A stretch of DNA of 63,683 bases, filler included, from Octopus bimaculoides (Eukaryota): the NCBI RefSeq assembly GCF_001194135.2. It is 8 parts of 8 records of this genome, joined end to end, with 100 filler letters (N's around TTAATTAATTAA, not from the genome) between each part and the next. Parts side by side here need not be neighbours in the genome. Positions count along the whole stretch, not along the records: positions 61,618 to 63,683 come from NW_026342856.1; 7 more parts are not named here. One strand, 5' to 3'. The number at the start of each line of letters is the position of its first letter. Position 1 is the stretch's first letter. Positions 62,627-63,683 of the stretch are shown here, in pieces. The position numbers and the translations under genes were made by a program. The notes beneath the pieces are model-generated. The model did not search any database. It had not been told where the DNA came from and saw nothing but the letters and a program-made list of their open reading frames with translations.

Positions 62627-63683
62627 TCAAACATTCAATTTTGGAGAGAATTTTTTCATGAAGTGTAGCTCCATTGCTTTTCAGTATTGCAGGTCATACC
62701 ATGAACATTTGTAAAAAGGTAAGATTTTGAATTTCCTGTCACAGCATATTTCCAGATGTTTGCATAAAGGAATCTTGCGTAATTCCTCTTGTCGGATATG
62801 CTGCCTGTGGATTCTTGCACATTGGCAGAGGGAATTATTTGTTTTGCCAATGTAATTTTCTTTGCAGTTGGGGCAGGTAATGCAGTATATGAGGTTCTGC
62901 ATTTTGCAGTTCATATCTGCATTTATTTTGAACAAAGAATCCACTCTTGGATTTTATGTGGGAACCACTTTCTAAGTATTTAAAGTTGCTGTTGTCATTG
63001 TATGTTCCACATCTCCTATCTCCACATTCTTTTACTAAGAATTCTGATTCATTCTTTGATGTGAATTCTGCTCTTGTGGGGTGTTTTTTAAGATTTTTTG
63101 GTTGGCATCTATTATTTCGTGAGAGATTATTTTCAATCAGCTTTTTCATTTTGGGGATTTGTATAAGTATAGGTAAGTTCGATTTTATGGCGTGAAAGAT
63201 GTTGGTTATCCCAGCACTGTGTGTGTTAACAAATGGAATCGTGTGTTCATTAATTTTTTCCTTAAGTGTCCATAGTTGGGTGATGCTCAGTTTCCTTGCC
63301 TTTTTAATTCCCTCATTAATTAATCCTAAGGGGTATTTCTGCATTGTGAGGAAGCCTTTGAACTTGTTGAGTTAGATTTCACATATTTTGGGGTCAGTCA
63401 CTATAGCACAGATTCGTCTGGCCATGTTGTATGGGATGTTCCTTTTGATGTGTGATGGATGGCAAGAGTAGAAATTTAAATATTGGTGTGTGTCTGTGTT
63501 TTTGTAATATAAGTCTGTTGTGACTGTAGAGTTCTGTATTTTTATGTAGATATCCCGGAATGGTAGTTCATTGCAAATGGATTCTGTCATGAATTTGATG
63601 GAAGGGGGAAGTGTGTTCAGTATATTGTTGAAAATACTTAGGTCCTCATTTGATCTGTCCCAAAAGATGAAGCAATCATCAAG
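62627..63683 (-). mobile_element. Penelope-like retroelement ORF (RT + GIY-YIG endonuclease), decayed and cut by the window end
   Basis: LDDCFIFW (RT motif) at the window edge, LPFRDI..TDLYYKNTDTHQYLNFYSCHPSHIKRNIPY, linker CGDRRCGT(Y), LIYCITCPNCKENYIG, IHRQHI..KHL, KAMELHF..PKLNV*. Stops at 63372 and 62681; frameshift near 62940. Confidence 0.93.

Noticed and set aside
62681-62683. In-frame TGA as possible selenocysteine
   Set aside because: It falls at the R of the EN R..xE motif and is explained by CGA>TGA decay.

Overview
AT-rich, gap-ridden, repeat-dense eukaryotic DNA. It is most likely a coleoid cephalopod (Octopus-like), inferred from the SINE/LINE repertoire and the extreme (TA)n/(CA)n/(TATC)n load; no search was run. 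No complete host gene can be identified, and most ORFs in the supplied track are microsatellite or N artefacts. Mobile elements supported by the sequence: (1) a full-length, decayed 1257-bp Tc1/mariner with DD36E spacing (4435-5691); (2) two different Penelope-like element (PLE) remnants, one with CxCx5Cx5C/KRCNLC motifs (16473-17215, -) and one with RT LDD plus a GIY-YIG endonuclease (62627-63683, -); (3) an RTE LINE 3' end with a tandem-repeat UTR and several truncated copies; (4) two near-identical, inverted R4/Dong-like 3' ends; (5) several tRNA-derived SINE families; (6) TTAA- and TA-flanked MITEs; (7) a Helitron/HINE-like element. Other notable structure: a degenerate minimal hammerhead ribozyme (59057-59098, -), three long hairpins (11410-11532, 60722-60844, 62189-62262), RFX X-box motifs, three minisatellite arrays and a few candidate exons. 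Seven TTAATTAATTAA strings inside 100-bp N gaps are assembly placeholders, so contig order across them is not guaranteed. I found no convincing new multi-gene system; the most interesting items are the RNA structures and the unusual transposon lineages.
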